Notes under the pieces: generated by a model
What the model was told of the DNA's origin: nothing
The model's input: only the letters and a program-made list of their open reading frames with translations
The model's database searches: none
Position numbers and translations under genes: made by a program
Part shown: positions 28,871 through 32,045 of the stretch, piece after piece
How positions within the stretch are numbered: position 1 is the stretch's first letter
Layout of the letters: each line of letters begins with the position of its first letter
DNA from: an uncultured Halomonadaceae bacterium
GTDB taxonomy: Bacteria; Pseudomonadota; Gammaproteobacteria; Pseudomonadales; Halomonadaceae
Assembly: GCA_964368615.1 (NCBI GenBank)
Contig: CAYJCB010000010.1
Location: forward strand, 1-32,045
Direction of reading: 5' to 3'
Length of the DNA stretch: 32,045 nt

Positions 28871-30088
28871 ATGACAGCAGCTAGCACTTTACCTATTTCA
28901 ATTTTAGGCTCTATTAGCCGCGAAGAATTTCTACGCGACTATTGGCAGAAAAAACCTTTATTAATTCGCCAAGCCTTGCCTGATTTCACACCACCTTTAG
29001 ATGTGAATGAACTAGCCGGTTTAGCACTAGAAGAAACCGTTGAATCACGCTTAGTAATGGAACAAGGCCCTGAAAGCCCTTGGCAGCTATTTAATGGCCC
29101 TTTTGAAGAAAAATTCTTACAAAATTTGCCTGAAAAAGATTGGACGCTGTTAGTGCAAGCCGTTGACCACCTGTTACCCGAAGTCGGCGAGCTGTTAGAA
29201 GCCTTTGATTTTCTGCCCAGCTGGCGTGTTGATGACATAATGATTAGCTTTGCGCCTGAAGGTGGCAGTGTTGGGCCGCATTTTGATTATTACGATGTTT
29301 TTCTACTACAAGCATCGGGTAAAAGACGCTGGCAGTTAGGGCAGCATTGCGATGAAAGCAGCCCGTTAAGAGCCGATACCAAGTTAAAAATTCTAACTGA
29401 ATTTACAGCCAACCCTGAACAAGATTGGGTATTAGAAGCTGGCGATTTACTTTACTTGCCACCACAGCTAGCCCATTGGGGTACGTCATTAAGCCAAGAT
29501 TGCACCACTTGGTCGGTGGGCTTTCGTGCACTAAGCGCCGAAGAAATTTTGTGTGGGGTGGCTGATTTTATTGGCGAAACCCTAGCCGATGACCTGCGCT
29601 ATACCGATGCTGATTTAACTTTGCCAGAACACCCTGCTGCGATTGATGATGCAGCTATGCAGCGGGTAAAAAAACTACTGAATAGCGTTATCGACAACCC
29701 TGCTGCGTTAAGCGAATGGTTTGGCCGTGCCATGACGCAAACTAAATACCCCGATCAGCTGCTACCCCAAGAAGACCCTTGGACAACAGCCACCTTGCAC
29801 GAATTAATGGAAGAAAACGATCCGCTGTTAGTGGTTGCAGAAGGCAGCCGCCTAGCCTTTCGTACTTCAGAAGAAGGTAACTGGTTGTTTGCCGATGGCG
29901 AGGCTTTGCAGTTTGCAACTGAATTAACCCCTTGGATAGCTGATTTATGTGCAACGGTTAACCTAGAAAGCGACTTTATTAAGCACACTTTAAAGCTGCC
30001 TGAAGCCAGCGAACTGCTGGTTAAACTAATTAACCAAGGCAGCGTGTACTTAATCGAAGAAGATGACGAAGATAATCTGCTGCACTAA
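28871..30088 (+). CDS. roxA: JmjC/cupin ribosomal oxygenase RoxA (YcfD)-like
   Basis: YWQKKPLLIR, WTLLVQAVD, WRVDDIMISFA..GGSVGPHFDYYDVFLLQ, GDLLYLPP..AH; downstream of purB. Confidence 0.88.
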   Translation: MTAASTLPISILGSISREEFLRDYWQKKPLLIRQALPDFTPPLDVNELAGLALEETVESRLVMEQGPESPWQLFNGPFEEKFLQNLPEKDWTLLVQAVDHLLPEVGELLEAFDFLPSWRVDDIMISFAPEGGSVGPHFDYYDVFLLQASGKRRWQLGQHCDESSPLRADTKLKILTEFTANPEQDWVLEAGDLLYLPPQLAHWGTSLSQDCTTWSVGFRALSAEEILCGVADFIGETLADDLRYTDADLTLPEHPAAIDDAAMQRVKKLLNSVIDNPAALSEWFGRAMTQTKYPDQLLPQEDPWTTATLHELMEENDPLLVVAEGSRLAFRTSEEGNWLFADGEALQFATELTPWIADLCATVNLESDFIKHTLKLPEASELLVKLINQGSVYLIEEDDEDNLLH

Positions 30089-30115
30089 TTACCAATCGCT
30101 GTAGTTACCAACCAG

Positions 30116-30130
30116 TGTAGTCAAATTACA
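30116..30130. promoter_or_regulatory. Candidate HexR/RccR-type operator upstream of aceA
   Basis: TGTAGT-CAA-ATTACA near-palindrome resembling the TGTAAT-N3-ATTACA HexR motif; extra TGTAGT half-site at 30100. Confidence 0.55.
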
Positions 30131-30257
30131 ACCAAACACCCCCGACTAATGATGCCTTGCGCTTAACACTTAGGCTAGGCATCATGCGCTGCATTGCAAC
30201 ATTGTTAAAAACTGCAACACCGTTAAAACTTAACTTTACTCATTTGAAGGATTGATT

Positions 30258-31862
30258 ATGTCAACTTATCAAAACGAAATTAAGGCTCTTACCGCTCTTA
30301 AAGAAAAAGCTGGTAGTGGCTGGAGCGCAATTAACCCTGAATCTGCTGCTCGTATGCGTATTCAAAACCGTTTCCAAACCGGTTTAGATATTGCTAAGTA
30401 CACAGCAGCAATCATGCGTAAAGATATGGCTGAATACGATGCTGACTCTTCTGTTTACACTCAGTCATTGGGTTGCTGGCACGGTTTTATCGGTCAACAA
30501 AAACTGATCGCAATTAAAAAGCACTTAAAAACCACCAACAAGCGTTACTTGTACCTTTCAGGTTGGATGGTTGCTGCACTACGTTCTGAATTCGGTCCTT
30601 TACCTGACCAATCTATGCACGAAAAGAACTCAGTTGCTGCACTAATTGCAGAGCTTTACACCTTCCTACGTCAAGCTGACACGCGTGAACTAGACTTGTT
30701 GTTCACAGCGCTAGACAAAGCACGTAAAGCTGGCGATGCTGCAGAAGAAAAATCTTTGCTAGACCAGATTGAAAACTTCGAAACTCACGTTGTACCCATT
30801 ATTGCAGACATCGACGCTGGTTTTGGTAACGAAGAAGCCACTTACTTGATGGCTAAGCAGATGATTGAAGCCGGTGCTGCTGCAATCCAGATTGAAAACC
30901 AAGTATCTGATGAAAAGCAGTGCGGTCACCAGGACGGTAAAGTAACCGTTCCTCACGCTGACTTCCTAGCTAAAATCAACGCTGTACGTTATGCCTTCCT
31001 AGAACTAGGCGTTGATGACGGTGTTATCGTGGCACGTACTGACTCTTTAGGTGCTGGCTTAACTAAGCAAATCGCTGTTACTAACCAGCCAGGCGACTTA
31101 GGTGATAAGTACAACAGCTTCCTAGATGGTACTTTCATCAAAGATGCTAGCGAAATTGAAAACGGTGACGTAGTTGTTAAGTCTGACGGTAAGCTATTAA
31201 AGCCTGCACGTTTAGCTAGCGGCTTGTTCCAATTCCGTAAAGACACAGGCGTTGACCGTGTTGTACTAGACTGTATTACTTCACTACAGAACGGTGCTGA
31301 CTTGTTGTGGATTGAGACTGAAATGCCTCACGTTGGCCAGATTAAAGCAATGGTTGATGAAATCCGTAAAGTAGTACCTGATGCGAAATTGGTTTACAAC
31401 AACAGCCCATCGTTCAACTGGACGCTAAACTTCCGTCAGCAAGTGTACGATGCTTGGGCTGCTGAAGGTAAAGACGTTGCAGCTTACGACCGTGCACGTT
31501 TGATGAGTGCTGATTACGACGGTACGCCACTATGTGACGAAGCTGATGCGCGTATTCAAAGCTTCCAGAAAGATGCAGCGCGTGAAGCGGGTATCTTCCA
31601 CCACCTAATCACTCTACCGACTTACCACACTGCTGCCTTGTCTACAGACAACTTGGCTAAAGGTTACTTCGGCGAGCAAGGTATGTTGGCTTACGTTGAA
31701 GGTGTTCAGCGTAAAGAAATTCGTCAGGGTATTGCGTGTGTACGTCACCAAAACATGGCGGGTTCTGACATTGGCGATAGCCATAAAGAATACTTCTCTG
31801 GCGATGCAGCACTAAAAGCTAGCGGCGAAGACAACACTATGAGCCAGTTCGACAACATCTAG
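30258..31862 (+). CDS. aceA: Isocitrate lyase (about 530-aa Pseudomonas-type)
   Basis: YLSGW, PDQSMH, IIADIDAGFG, KQCGHQDGK, ARTD, LLWIET, YNNSPSFNW; GAAGGA RBS before ATG at 30258. Confidence 0.96.
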   Translation: MSTYQNEIKALTALKEKAGSGWSAINPESAARMRIQNRFQTGLDIAKYTAAIMRKDMAEYDADSSVYTQSLGCWHGFIGQQKLIAIKKHLKTTNKRYLYLSGWMVAALRSEFGPLPDQSMHEKNSVAALIAELYTFLRQADTRELDLLFTALDKARKAGDAAEEKSLLDQIENFETHVVPIIADIDAGFGNEEATYLMAKQMIEAGAAAIQIENQVSDEKQCGHQDGKVTVPHADFLAKINAVRYAFLELGVDDGVIVARTDSLGAGLTKQIAVTNQPGDLGDKYNSFLDGTFIKDASEIENGDVVVKSDGKLLKPARLASGLFQFRKDTGVDRVVLDCITSLQNGADLLWIETEMPHVGQIKAMVDEIRKVVPDAKLVYNNSPSFNWTLNFRQQVYDAWAAEGKDVAAYDRARLMSADYDGTPLCDEADARIQSFQKDAAREAGIFHHLITLPTYHTAALSTDNLAKGYFGEQGMLAYVEGVQRKEIRQGIACVRHQNMAGSDIGDSHKEYFSGDAALKASGEDNTMSQFDNI

Positions 31863-31885
31863 TCAACTGCTTCAATAGTTAAGTT

Positions 31886-31917
31886 AAAGCCACCTTCATT
31901 GAAGGTGGCTTTTTTTT
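31886..31917 (+). terminator. Intrinsic terminator of aceA
   Basis: AAAGCCACCTTCA-T-TGAAGGTGGCTTT followed by a T-tract. Confidence 0.9.
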
Positions 31918-31930
31918 GCCTAACAGTTTA

Positions 31931-31970
31931 TTTTTAACAAAAATCTTTTTAACAAAACTTTTTAACAAAA
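31931..31970. repeat. Three direct copies of TTTTTAACAAAA
   Basis: Copies at 31931, 31946 and 31959. Confidence 0.8.
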
Positions 31971-31977
31971 TCTAGGC

Positions 31978-32007
31978 AAAAAAAACCCTGAAAATTTCAG
32001 GGTTTTT
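31978..32007. terminator. Second intrinsic terminator, probably for a convergent gene beyond the window
   Basis: AAAAACCCTGAAA-A-TTTCAGGGTTTTT with a longer A-run on the left, i.e. a T-tract on the minus strand. Confidence 0.75.
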
Positions 32008-32045
32008 AAATCTAGCCTAACTCTAAGCAACTAAGCATTTTCTAA

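Overview
A gene-dense, mostly core-genome window of a gammaproteobacterium. Gene order and protein sequences resemble Oceanospirillales/Pseudomonadales; this is inference, and no search was run. Left to right: (1) a minus-strand signalling module of NarL-type response regulator, membrane HisKA_3-type kinase, a 116-aa membrane protein and a CHASE2 adenylate cyclase. The cyclase runs off the left edge and is absent from the ORF track. (2) TatD nuclease and trhP. (3) A YkgJ-type Cys-cluster protein, a divergent thiolase-like protein, yccA-tusDCBE and DAHP synthase. (4) A DUF5610-like gene with a strong sigma-28 promoter match, then pilA/pilBCD. (5) rarA-lolA-ftsK, aat-ate-infA, clpA-clpS, rluE-nudJ-mnmA-hflD-purB-roxA and aceA. 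The stand-out observation is the gene at the canonical ftsK position. It is an intact 311-aa 'mini-FtsK': the membrane domain is joined through a ~60-aa linker to the gamma winged-helix, the whole ATPase motor is missing, and the usual RIGYNRAAR helix reads ELDYDTAAG. I saw no rRNA, tRNA, CRISPR array or mobile element. Short tandem micro-duplications recur at gene ends and in intergenic gaps.
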